The position numbers and the translations under genes were made by a program. Shown one piece after another: positions 10,668 to 19,543 of a stretch of DNA of 64,000 bases (positions are counted from its first letter, which is position 1; every line of letters begins with the position of its first letter). The DNA is from a virus, in IMG/VR virus record IMGVR_UViG_3300031334_000002, positions 1 through 64,000 of that record, one strand, 5' to 3'. The notes below the pieces were generated by a model that saw only the letters and a program-made list of their open reading frames with translations, ran no database searches and was not told the DNA's origin.

Positions 10668-11511
10668 CAGATGGGAAGCTAAATATATAACAGATCTAAA
10701 AGACAAAGATCTACTAGCTTGGGATGATTTTTACGCATGGCAAAGATACCCTAAATTCTCTTGGGTTTATGATAAGCAGGCTTTAGCTAAGTTTACTAAT
10801 CTTCCCACCTACGATCTTGAAAGAGAGATACCAGATAATTCTTTTTACCCTTATATAGTGAAACCTAGAACAAACTTTGATGGTCTATCTAAAGGCTGTT
10901 ATGTTGTTAATTCAGAAGACGAGATAGAAGACTGGTCTGGGATGATTGCTCAGGAATTTATGGTTGGACAACAAGGCACTGCAGATATCGTAATACTAGA
11001 AGGGACGATAAAGGACTCATTTGCGTTTACAACTCACACAAACTTCTACGGAGAGATTACTTTATTTGAATCTAACCCATTTCTACCTCTTCCTGTAGCT
11101 AACCTAGTTAGGAATCTATTTCAAGACTATACAGGAGTAATTAATGTTGAATACATAGAGGGTACTGTATTTGAGATACATCTTAGACCTAGTTTACAAT
11201 TTTATGACATCTGTGGCGGTTTTATTGAACAGTTACCTAGTTTTATGAAAACCAAAAAATGGGAAAAGACTAAGTATGAAAGGACGTTTAGTAGAGTATT
11301 CAGGACCAAACATGATGGTATTCCAGAGATAAAATCACTACCCCCTATAGGCGAAGCAATTAGAAGTATTCAATTATGCTGGGAAGACGGAAAGAAACTT
11401 AGCGAAACTGATCCTAGTCTAGGAAAAAATAGATACATGGTAATAAATGGAACAAACTTGCAAGCCATTGAAAACTATGCAAAAGGAATAAACTTATGTC
11501 TAAAACCGTAA
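10654..11511 (+). CDS. ATP-grasp fold protein
   Basis: WVYDK, YIVKPRTNFDGLSKG, IAQEFMVG, INVEYI...FEIHLR. Confidence 0.7.
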   Translation: MQRLNRWEAKYITDLKDKDLLAWDDFYAWQRYPKFSWVYDKQALAKFTNLPTYDLEREIPDNSFYPYIVKPRTNFDGLSKGCYVVNSEDEIEDWSGMIAQEFMVGQQGTADIVILEGTIKDSFAFTTHTNFYGEITLFESNPFLPLPVANLVRNLFQDYTGVINVEYIEGTVFEIHLRPSLQFYDICGGFIEQLPSFMKTKKWEKTKYERTFSRVFRTKHDGIPEIKSLPPIGEAIRSIQLCWEDGKKLSETDPSLGKNRYMVINGTNLQAIENYAKGINLCLKP

Positions 11512-11672
11512 AATTCACTTGTACAAATCGCAAATGTCGTTTAGAGTACAATGTATCTAAGTCTCAAGAGCATATTGAGAGACTTCATACCTGCTTTGAC
11601 TGTAAGTCAGTTGCAGTAAAAAACATTGACCAAAAAGTGGTCTTTATTCACCCAAAGAAACGGAGGTTTTAA
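11496..11672 (+). CDS. Small zinc-ribbon protein (58 aa, not in ORF track)
   Basis: MSKTVKFTCTNRKC...HTCFDC; AGGA RBS; stop overlaps next ATG. Confidence 0.6.
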   Translation: MSKTVKFTCTNRKCRLEYNVSKSQEHIERLHTCFDCKSVAVKNIDQKVVFIHPKKRRF

Positions 11673-12385
11673 TGAGGGTAGTTTACTTTCTTTTAGCATT
11701 TTTAATCACAGCCTGCAGTGGCGACCCTAGAACCCCCAAACAGAAAATGAGACAAGACACTGGCAGTGCCGTAGTTAGGATCTTCGGCAAGACCTCTCAA
11801 GGATACCCATCAGGAGGCACAGGATTCGTCGTAAGAGCTTCTTCAGGAAAGACCTATATTCTCACTAACAAACACATTTGTAAGCTTCAGGACACTTCTC
11901 AGAGATTGATAGTGGAGTTCCCCGGTTTAAAACGTAAATATAAGAAAAGAGTCATTGAAATTAGCGAAGAACATGACCTATGTTTGGTAGAAAATAACCT
12001 AGGCTTTAAAAAAGCTCTGATTATTGCTGACAAAGTATCTACAGGAGAACTAAGTTACGTCGTTGGGCATCCTAAATTGTATGCACTTACTGTGGCTGAA
12101 GGCGAGTATATCGAAACAGCTAATATTTCGGTTATAACGAGTAAAAAGGACGGTAAACCTGTTCGGATTTTTAGAAAAGAGAACTCTTCCATGTCGATTG
12201 CAGGAGTTGTCGAGCACAGTGCCTTTAGGTTTAGTGTTTACTCTAGGGGAGGTAACTCGGGCTCACCTATTGTTAATAACCTAGGTCAAGTTATTTCTGT
12301 ACTGTTTGCAGGTAACAGAAATGATGTAATGGAAACGTATGGAGTACCACTAAAAAATGTCAAACGATTCATTGAAGGATATTAG
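11672..12385 (+). CDS. Trypsin-like serine protease, lipoprotein
   Basis: Lipobox ITAC; GTGF, LTNKHI (His), HDLCL (Asp), GGNSGSP (Ser). Confidence 0.9.
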   Translation: MRVVYFLLAFLITACSGDPRTPKQKMRQDTGSAVVRIFGKTSQGYPSGGTGFVVRASSGKTYILTNKHICKLQDTSQRLIVEFPGLKRKYKKRVIEISEEHDLCLVENNLGFKKALIIADKVSTGELSYVVGHPKLYALTVAEGEYIETANISVITSKKDGKPVRIFRKENSSMSIAGVVEHSAFRFSVYSRGGNSGSPIVNNLGQVISVLFAGNRNDVMETYGVPLKNVKRFIEGY

Positions 12386-12692
12386 TTCCTTACAAAACAC
12401 AGTATATAGATACCTAAAAAAACGTAACGTTAGAGGGGGGGGTTGTAAAACTCCTCTTTTCGTGTTATATTATCATTATGTTACTTATTGTCGAACTAAC
12501 TATTGTAAATTCGTTTCACCAATTGAGTTTGCTAGGAGAATGACTGTCTACTTTGAAAAAGGAAAATCAGGTAGATATAGTTACTATTTAACTAATTTGG
12601 AACCTCCAGAGTCAAAAAGAAGACGTAGAATTCGACTGTGGTATGATAAAATTTGGGCAAGGATGCGTAATGACAAAAAAGAAGAGAAGTGA
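12357..12692 (+). CDS. Basic winged-helix-like DNA-binding protein
   Basis: LYYHYVTYC...SPIEFARRM pattern resembles D5-primase C-terminal wHTH. Confidence 0.4.
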   Translation: MSNDSLKDISSLQNTVYRYLKKRNVRGGGCKTPLFVLYYHYVTYCRTNYCKFVSPIEFARRMTVYFEKGKSGRYSYYLTNLEPPESKRRRRIRLWYDKIWARMRNDKKEEK

Positions 12693-13353
12693 TTATAAAT
12701 ACCCTAACCTCAGTAGAGAGGTTAATTTGAAGTCCCGACAGGACTACATTGAAACTGATTACATAAACGGAATATACGACAATAATGGAAACGAATTGAT
12801 GCGTCCAATGACAGCAGAAGAAAAGGAATGGTTAGATACTTTCTATGGGGAGACAATTGTTACTTCGAGTAAAAAGTTCAATCCTACACCCGAAACAAAA
12901 AAACTAGCAAAAAGAAAAGGAAAATACAAAGCGAAAGCTGCTAAAAGAAAAAAAGAAATTAAACTAAAAGAACATGAAAATGATAATAAACTAAAGTACT
13001 ATAAGAAAAAAATTAGTGATATTGAAGAGTGTTTAGATTTTTTAAGAAAAGAAGCAGGAGTGTTAAACTATAAATCAGAGGACCAAAGGTCGTTGTATAA
13101 AGACAACAACACAAGAAATGATTGTATCTATAATAATTTAAAATCCAGAGGAATGTTAATTGATTTAACCATTGAAAATTACGATTCATTTATAGCCCAA
13201 ATGTGGGAGCTTATTTCGACTGACATATATGATTCTCAAGATGCAATGATAGAGGAAGTAGAAAAAAGACTTAGAGGTAGTTTTTTACCAGAATCAGTAG
13301 AGAGTTATCCCCAAGATCTTAGTGATTCCAGCGATTCCTCCGATGATGATTGA
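12670..13353 (+). CDS. Hypothetical basic protein, last gene of + block
   Basis: Long ORF; overlaps the convergent gene by 60 bp. Confidence 0.55.
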   Translation: MTKKKRSDYKYPNLSREVNLKSRQDYIETDYINGIYDNNGNELMRPMTAEEKEWLDTFYGETIVTSSKKFNPTPETKKLAKRKGKYKAKAAKRKKEIKLKEHENDNKLKYYKKKISDIEECLDFLRKEAGVLNYKSEDQRSLYKDNNTRNDCIYNNLKSRGMLIDLTIENYDSFIAQMWELISTDIYDSQDAMIEEVEKRLRGSFLPESVESYPQDLSDSSDSSDDD

Positions 13354-13623
13354 AATAAGACCTAATCTTGTAGACCAGTACTTTACCTTTAAATTTCTCT
13401 CTTTCTTTTTTAATTCTTGAAATTGATGTATTTCAGCTATTTCTACTATTAGTGGAAGTTTTTCCAGAACAGGAATTAATTCATTTATAATCTTTTTGTC
13501 ACCCGCAATATGTTCTTCGATTTTAGGTAACATGTGTTTCATGTCAATTCTCATTTCTATAACATCATGCTGCACTTTATCTAACTTATCTTCAATACGC
13601 TCTATTCTATTATCAACTTTCAT
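13294..13623 (-). CDS. Coiled-coil protein with C-terminal TM helix (holin-like)
   Basis: RIERIEDKLDKV heptads; LGLISIIIGGIAGITKILG. Confidence 0.45.
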   Translation of the reverse strand: MKVDNRIERIEDKLDKVQHDVIEMRIDMKHMLPKIEEHIAGDKKIINELIPVLEKLPLIVEIAEIHQFQELKKKERNLKVKYWSTRLGLISIIIGGIAGITKILGITLY

Positions 13624-15871
13624 CCTCTTTCTCCACTCTACGTAACAGCTCTCTAAATGCTGGTTGCTGTAATAATCCCATCAACGTTGTATTTTTCTTA
13701 CCTTGACCTTCTCCCTCAATTTTTGATAGTACCCTAGCAAAATCCTGAGCAGCAGGACTGTCCATTTCAGCCATTTTAGTTGAAACGAAATTAATATTCT
13801 CATCACTTTTGAGACTCTCTAATTTAGCCACTACCTGACGGTCTGGTTTCTGCTTTAAAGGGGTTCCGGCTTCATAACTACCATAATTAGCCTTACCTGC
13901 TTCCCTAGCTTTAGCTTGTCGATGAGGGGCTTGTCTGTTCATTGCAGCTATTGATATTGGTGTTGGGTTTAACTGTTCCACTGCAGCATAGGCTCCTTTC
14001 GCTAGTGGACTTTCTAGACCAAACTCATCCCCTGCTTCAGCATAATCTGCAGCAAATGTGGCGAGGGGTAGTGCACCTAATGCAACTTTTCCTAGTCCTT
14101 TGACTAGTGGGTTTTTACCTATTTTACTTGCAAACTTTGCTCCTCTAGTTGCCATTTCTTGAACTTTTGTTGCTGTACTTCTTAAAGATCTCTCAGCAGG
14201 GGCAACTGCCATACCTCCAGTCTTTACCGCAACTAGAGCATCTAACATACTAGCTTTATTTTCTTTAGTTGATTGTAGTATTTTATTTAATTCAGCATCT
14301 GTTATTAAGTCCTGTCTATTATATCTTTTTAATAAATCCATTAAATCGCTTTTAGCAGTAAGCTCTGCCCCCTCTTCAACACTCATTAGTCCTGCTAATC
14401 CCCTGTTAAAGTTGCTAGATGTAGTCTTTTGTCTGATCTTAGTACCTTTTCTATTTTCGGTAAAATCGTCAACAGATTCCAAAGGTAAGTCTCTTAGTAA
14501 GGACTTACTATCGCTAATTGCCCTTGCAGCTTTATTATCCGCATGTTGAGCGTAAGAAGACAGTTCATGCATGACCTCTCTCATTGCTTTTCTAACTTCA
14601 TCAGATCCTGTTTTTCCATACTGCTTGTTTAAGTACTTTCGTAAAGAGTGTAAATCTGACCCTTTTAGTACTTTTTTATTACCAATTCTAGCTTTTAATG
14701 TCTTCATAAAAGAATCAACCTCTGGTGATAGGTTTTTTGTTTTTATTGAAGAAACTTTTGCTGCTTTTTTTGCTTCCTTATAATCTGAACTTAATTTTTC
14801 TAGTCTACTATTAGCTTTTTTAGTATTACTTCCTATTCTTTTAAATTCATCTTTTTTATCGTAACTTAATTGTTTTTTATCTTTTTTTAATTGTATGTTT
14901 TCTTTTTTTAGATCATCAACAACCTCTTGGTCTTTTCTGATAAGTTCAAAATCTTCTTTTAGTTGTTCGCTTAGTTTTCTTTTAGCATCTTTTAGTTTAT
15001 TCTCTTGTTCCTTTATATCGAAGATGGCTTCTCTACTTCCACCTGCTCTTTGGTATTCTACTTTTTCATCTCTAAGTTCAGATAAACGATCGTTTATCTC
15101 AGCTATCTGTCGATTTTTAGTTACAGTTAGATCCATTTTTTTTGATTTATTAGCTTCATACTCTCTAATACGATCATCAGTCTCTACTGACTTATTTTCA
15201 ATATCTCTTAGTTTTTGTTCATAGAAGTTATTAGCTTTTTCTTTTACTATTGCTTGTTTTTCAAGCTCCACCTGAGCTTTTGTTCTTTTAGTTTCTGCAG
15301 ACTTTAACCTTCTTTTTCCTTTTTTAGCTTCTTGAAGTTTTTTCTCGTCAGGCTCAAATAAAGCTCCTCCTGTTTTTTGTTCAAGTTCATCAATTAACTC
15401 ATCAGTCTTTAACTGTATCCCTTGTGCGTCCATTACATTTCCAACATGCTTAGTTGCTGTGTATCCCGTATCTTCAACGTTTTTATTGAATTTAGCAAAA
15501 TCGTCACCCAGCGTACCCGGACTAGACTTAATCTCCTTGTACCTATCAACGTTTTGGTATAACGTTTTTACGTCTGAAGAGTCTAACCCACCTAAAGGAA
15601 GTCCTCCAATAACTGAAGCTCCTGCAGCTTTTACGTTCTTTTTAAGACTTTGAACGGGTTTACTGTTAACCACATCACTAACGCCTTGACCTATTAAATC
15701 TGCCTCAAGAACACCAACATTAGGACTAGGTAAATTAGATTCGTCTGTTGGAGAATCCGAAAGTTCTCTAAGTTCTATACTTTCAACATCATTTACATCA
15801 AAAGATGTAGTTTCATCCCAACTTGGGGTTTCAATTATTTCTTCAGTGTCGTCCCATTTTGGAGTTTCCAT
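13613..15871 (-). CDS. Large coiled-coil internal virion/ejection protein
   Basis: Position after tail genes; helical K/E-rich; N-terminal ETPxWD repeats. Confidence 0.55.
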   Translation of the reverse strand: METPKWDDTEEIIETPSWDETTSFDVNDVESIELRELSDSPTDESNLPSPNVGVLEADLIGQGVSDVVNSKPVQSLKKNVKAAGASVIGGLPLGGLDSSDVKTLYQNVDRYKEIKSSPGTLGDDFAKFNKNVEDTGYTATKHVGNVMDAQGIQLKTDELIDELEQKTGGALFEPDEKKLQEAKKGKRRLKSAETKRTKAQVELEKQAIVKEKANNFYEQKLRDIENKSVETDDRIREYEANKSKKMDLTVTKNRQIAEINDRLSELRDEKVEYQRAGGSREAIFDIKEQENKLKDAKRKLSEQLKEDFELIRKDQEVVDDLKKENIQLKKDKKQLSYDKKDEFKRIGSNTKKANSRLEKLSSDYKEAKKAAKVSSIKTKNLSPEVDSFMKTLKARIGNKKVLKGSDLHSLRKYLNKQYGKTGSDEVRKAMREVMHELSSYAQHADNKAARAISDSKSLLRDLPLESVDDFTENRKGTKIRQKTTSSNFNRGLAGLMSVEEGAELTAKSDLMDLLKRYNRQDLITDAELNKILQSTKENKASMLDALVAVKTGGMAVAPAERSLRSTATKVQEMATRGAKFASKIGKNPLVKGLGKVALGALPLATFAADYAEAGDEFGLESPLAKGAYAAVEQLNPTPISIAAMNRQAPHRQAKAREAGKANYGSYEAGTPLKQKPDRQVVAKLESLKSDENINFVSTKMAEMDSPAAQDFARVLSKIEGEGQGKKNTTLMGLLQQPAFRELLRRVEKEDES

Positions 15872-15872
15872 A

Positions 15873-17354
15873 TTAATCCTCATACTTTATAAATTCTTTA
15901 GTTTCGGCATCAAATAATGCAGTCCTTCCGTCTTTTGTTTTTCTTTTTACCGTTACGGGCATTGTTTTTTTTTCGCCTACAACAGAAGCAAAACCTGATA
16001 AGGATTTATTTTTTTCATAATATTGAGCTTTTTTAGTTTGCATCTTTAAGTTATCTTTTAGTTCTTTTATCTTACCCTGTATCCTTATAGCATTACTTTT
16101 ATTATCCAACTCGTCATTCCAAAACTCTCTAGCAGCAGCCTCACGTTCCGCATCAGAAAGCTGTCCACCAAAAAGCTCTTTTAGTGTTTTATTAGCAAAG
16201 TTTCTAGCATCATCTCTACGCTCAATAGCAAGTCTACTTCTAAACACGTCAGGTATAGGAAATCTAGTTCCTCCGGCTTCTCCAAAGCCTGTATCTGCTG
16301 CAACTTCTGCTTGTAACTTTTCTAACTTTGCGATAGTATTTGATGCATTATTCATACCTGTAGCTGTAAATTTGTTATATTCTTTAGCGTAATCTTTATC
16401 TACGGCTTTTTGTCCTTCAGTTAAGCCTTCTTCCTTCTTTTGTTTTTTATCTAATCTTTTATTTTTAGAAATCAACTCTTTATTTCTTAAATCTAAAGAT
16501 TCTTTCTGATAAGGAGTCATATTAGGGTCTTTCCCTAATCCTTGTAGTTTTGCTATATTGATAGTTTCATTGAGACTAGGAGCTGGTCCTGCATCAAATT
16601 GTTGAGCTTTCAAAGCTACACTGTTTGGTGAGTATTTGTCAAAAGTAGAAGCTATTGAAGAAAGAGCTGACATATTATCAGCACTTGATTGTCTCTTATT
16701 GTATTCTTCTTTTTCTCTTCGATAGTCCTCTATAAGCTTTTCTATATTATCAGGTTCTTTAGACATTAACCCTCCATCATCATAATCTTTAGCTGATTCT
16801 ACTTCAACTTTAGGGGCACTTCCTAAACCATTAAGTTTATTTTTTAAGTCTTCTAATTTTTTTAATTTATCCATTTCTTTTTCATCCTTTAATGGGATAT
16901 TATTTAACAAATCTAAATACTCAACTGCTTTTGTACCATATGCATCAGTAGGAACCTCTCCTGTTTTTAGCATTTTAGAAACACCCCCAGCTCCCACTAA
17001 ATGAGCCGCACCAACAAGTCCTGACTCTGATACTTTCCTTCCGTTAAAGTCCTTACCTATATAATCAGTAGCACCTTTATTTTTAAGATATTTTCGACTA
17101 AGTTTAATATGGTCATCCATAGCTTTTTCTTGGATTTCTGGGGAATTTAAAAAGTCTTCTTCTCTCTTTATTCCATCCTTTCCTGTCCAGTTACCTTTTT
17201 TATCCTTGTATCCAGTATCAACTAGGGCATCTTTACCAAACTGATACTTTCCAATATAGCCTAGAGTGTTCTTGGCTTTGTAATTGTTACTGGATTCTCT
17301 TTTAGCTAATATCTCTTTGTACTTTTGCAATGAAGCGGGGTCTCTTTTCTCCAT
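15873..17354 (-). CDS. Internal virion protein with N-terminal lysozyme/lytic-transglycosylase-like domain
   Basis: RESSNNY, GYIGKYQFG, AAHLVGAGG; start reassigned to MEKRDP. Confidence 0.8.
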   Translation of the reverse strand: MEKRDPASLQKYKEILAKRESSNNYKAKNTLGYIGKYQFGKDALVDTGYKDKKGNWTGKDGIKREEDFLNSPEIQEKAMDDHIKLSRKYLKNKGATDYIGKDFNGRKVSESGLVGAAHLVGAGGVSKMLKTGEVPTDAYGTKAVEYLDLLNNIPLKDEKEMDKLKKLEDLKNKLNGLGSAPKVEVESAKDYDDGGLMSKEPDNIEKLIEDYRREKEEYNKRQSSADNMSALSSIASTFDKYSPNSVALKAQQFDAGPAPSLNETINIAKLQGLGKDPNMTPYQKESLDLRNKELISKNKRLDKKQKKEEGLTEGQKAVDKDYAKEYNKFTATGMNNASNTIAKLEKLQAEVAADTGFGEAGGTRFPIPDVFRSRLAIERRDDARNFANKTLKELFGGQLSDAEREAAAREFWNDELDNKSNAIRIQGKIKELKDNLKMQTKKAQYYEKNKSLSGFASVVGEKKTMPVTVKRKTKDGRTALFDAETKEFIKYED

Positions 17355-17355
17355 T

Positions 17356-19218
17356 TTACCTCTTGCGTTTACTGAGCATAGACATAAGATCACCCATGCC
17401 ACCTGTAGGTTCTTTAACAATTCTTTCATTCGGTAGATCCTCAATTTCTAGCTCACCTCTGGCTACTGCCATAAGATTTTCTTGTTGAGAAGGATTGACT
17501 TCTTTCGCACCTTCGTCTACCATTGTATCAGTTCTCATCTCACTTTTCAAACGCTTATAATCCATTAACATGTCGTTAATACGATCTTGTTGTTCCATGT
17601 TCAGTACCATTTCGCCATCATTTATACGATCAGGTAAGTTATCCCCTGAAAAACTATCAGTACCTGAGTCTATAATAGTGCCTTCTCCTCCATCATTGTA
17701 AGCCATTCCATTAGAAACTCCACCGTTATTATACTGATGTCCTTTTTCTATGTTTTTTATGATACTTTTATCCAGCTCATCTATTTGTTTCTTGTACTTA
17801 TTTGCGTTATAGTAGTCTTCTCCCATTTGTTGTTTCAATTGAGTCTTACTGTCTATTAACTTCTTTAGGTTATCATCTGAGTATTTAGTCCCCCCATCAG
17901 CAGCAATCAATCGTTGACTTCCTAAGCCAGATAAAGCTTTAGTATTAACTACAGGCGCATTAGATATGTTCACCTGTCTCGTTTGAGCTTTTGGTTTGTT
18001 TGATTGACCTGCAATAGCTGATAATGCTTCCATATTTAGATCTGATTTACCTTTTGGGGCTTCAGCCGGGTTAGCTTTAGGACTTCTACCGATTAGTTCT
18101 TCTAGACCTGACATTAAAGTTCCTGCTGACTCTGCTGTGCTTCTTGTACCTCTTTCTCCGAACATTGCTTTTTTATACGGATCGTCACCGAACTTCTGAT
18201 CGTTCATGTAATCGGCTTCAGCTTGCCTACCGTCCATTTGATCTTTAGAAAGTCCTCCATCAGCAAAATTACCAGAGTTATTACTTTGCATACCTCCACC
18301 AACAGCTCCACCAAGTTGAGCACCAACTGAAGCTCCTTTTGCTCCTGTCCCCGACATTGCACCAATTCCTGCTCCTACTAATGTACCAATCATCCCCCCC
18401 GGTCCTTGACTTCTACTAACATTCTGGGCAGTCATATTAGCAATAGGTTGAGTTGCATTTACATAAGCACCGGCTTTTTGCATTTCATTGCCAAATTGTT
18501 GTTGTTGTAGATTACCTAAGTTACTGTACATTTGTTGTTGTTGTTGCGACCTTTGGTCCTCTTGTCCTTGTCTAAGATTTAGGTTTTGAGAATTTGTATT
18601 TTGTCTGTTCATTGCATTAAAAGCTGCAATCTGATCTCTAGCTGTTGCTGCTGTTGATTTTTCTCCATACTCCTGTGATCTCATTCCAGTAGATGCATTA
18701 GCTACTTGTTGTAAAGCTGATCTTCTGGAAGCAGCTTGATCCATAGCGAGTCTATCGCCAGCCTCTGCTGCATTTTGTGCCGAATCTTGTGATGATTGTA
18801 GCCTAGCAATTAGTTCAGATCCTGAACCCCCCACACCACGTTGAGCCATGTCACTAAGTATTGATTTTTGTCTAGCTTGTTCGTTAGAATTTACTTCTCT
18901 CTGAAGTGATCTTCTTTGAGCCATGTCCTCTTCGGTTAACCCTGATTCAGCAGCTTCAGATAACCCTTCAAGAGCCTGCATTTGAGCGTCTTTTAACCTA
19001 GGGTCGATTTCGATGTCTTCTAAAGCAGAGTCTTCTCTATCTATATTTTGATATAGACCCATTAGTCCGGGACGTTCTGCTGCCATAGATCGAATGTAAT
19101 CTTCCATCTGATTATAGTCAGGTTCTGCTACGGCTTCTAGTTTTGCTCTAGCTGCTTTCTGTTCAGCTATAGCAGCGTTCATTGCCTGCACTTCAGCTTC
19201 ATTAGTCTTTTTACCCAT
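17356..19218 (-). CDS. DNA ejection/pilot protein
   Basis: Q/A-rich helices, Gly-rich segment GTLVGAGIGA, repeated xxxGG motifs, D.LP.RINDGEMV motif. Confidence 0.65.
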   Translation of the reverse strand: MGKKTNEAEVQAMNAAIAEQKAARAKLEAVAEPDYNQMEDYIRSMAAERPGLMGLYQNIDREDSALEDIEIDPRLKDAQMQALEGLSEAAESGLTEEDMAQRRSLQREVNSNEQARQKSILSDMAQRGVGGSGSELIARLQSSQDSAQNAAEAGDRLAMDQAASRRSALQQVANASTGMRSQEYGEKSTAATARDQIAAFNAMNRQNTNSQNLNLRQGQEDQRSQQQQQMYSNLGNLQQQQFGNEMQKAGAYVNATQPIANMTAQNVSRSQGPGGMIGTLVGAGIGAMSGTGAKGASVGAQLGGAVGGGMQSNNSGNFADGGLSKDQMDGRQAEADYMNDQKFGDDPYKKAMFGERGTRSTAESAGTLMSGLEELIGRSPKANPAEAPKGKSDLNMEALSAIAGQSNKPKAQTRQVNISNAPVVNTKALSGLGSQRLIAADGGTKYSDDNLKKLIDSKTQLKQQMGEDYYNANKYKKQIDELDKSIIKNIEKGHQYNNGGVSNGMAYNDGGEGTIIDSGTDSFSGDNLPDRINDGEMVLNMEQQDRINDMLMDYKRLKSEMRTDTMVDEGAKEVNPSQQENLMAVARGELEIEDLPNERIVKEPTGGMGDLMSMLSKRKR

Positions 19219-19543
19219 TATTTAATTCCTTAACAAAATAGAGAAGTTCTTCATTATTTACTTGCGTGAATCCTGCAGATTCTATACCTTTTTTATTAAC
19301 TTCCCAATTATTAGTTGTGGTATCTATTGTTGTTATTACTCTATTACAATTCATTCTTTTTGCTATTTTTATGGTCTGTTCTACTAGTTTTCTTGCGATT
19401 CCTGTTTTTCTCTTTTCAAAACAAACGAACATGTCCCTAAGATATAATGCGTCATCTATTTTTTTATATGTAACAAAAGAGTCCTTATCTTCAAAACAAC
19501 CAAAACCTTCACGTTCCATTATATAATCTGAATACAAACTCAT
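19211..19543 (-). CDS. GNAT-family acetyltransferase
   Basis: LYLRDMFV...RKTGIARKL acetyl-CoA loop; AGF. Confidence 0.8.
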   Translation of the reverse strand: MSLYSDYIMEREGFGCFEDKDSFVTYKKIDDALYLRDMFVCFEKRKTGIARKLVEQTIKIAKRMNCNRVITTIDTTTNNWEVNKKGIESAGFTQVNNEELLYFVKELNNG

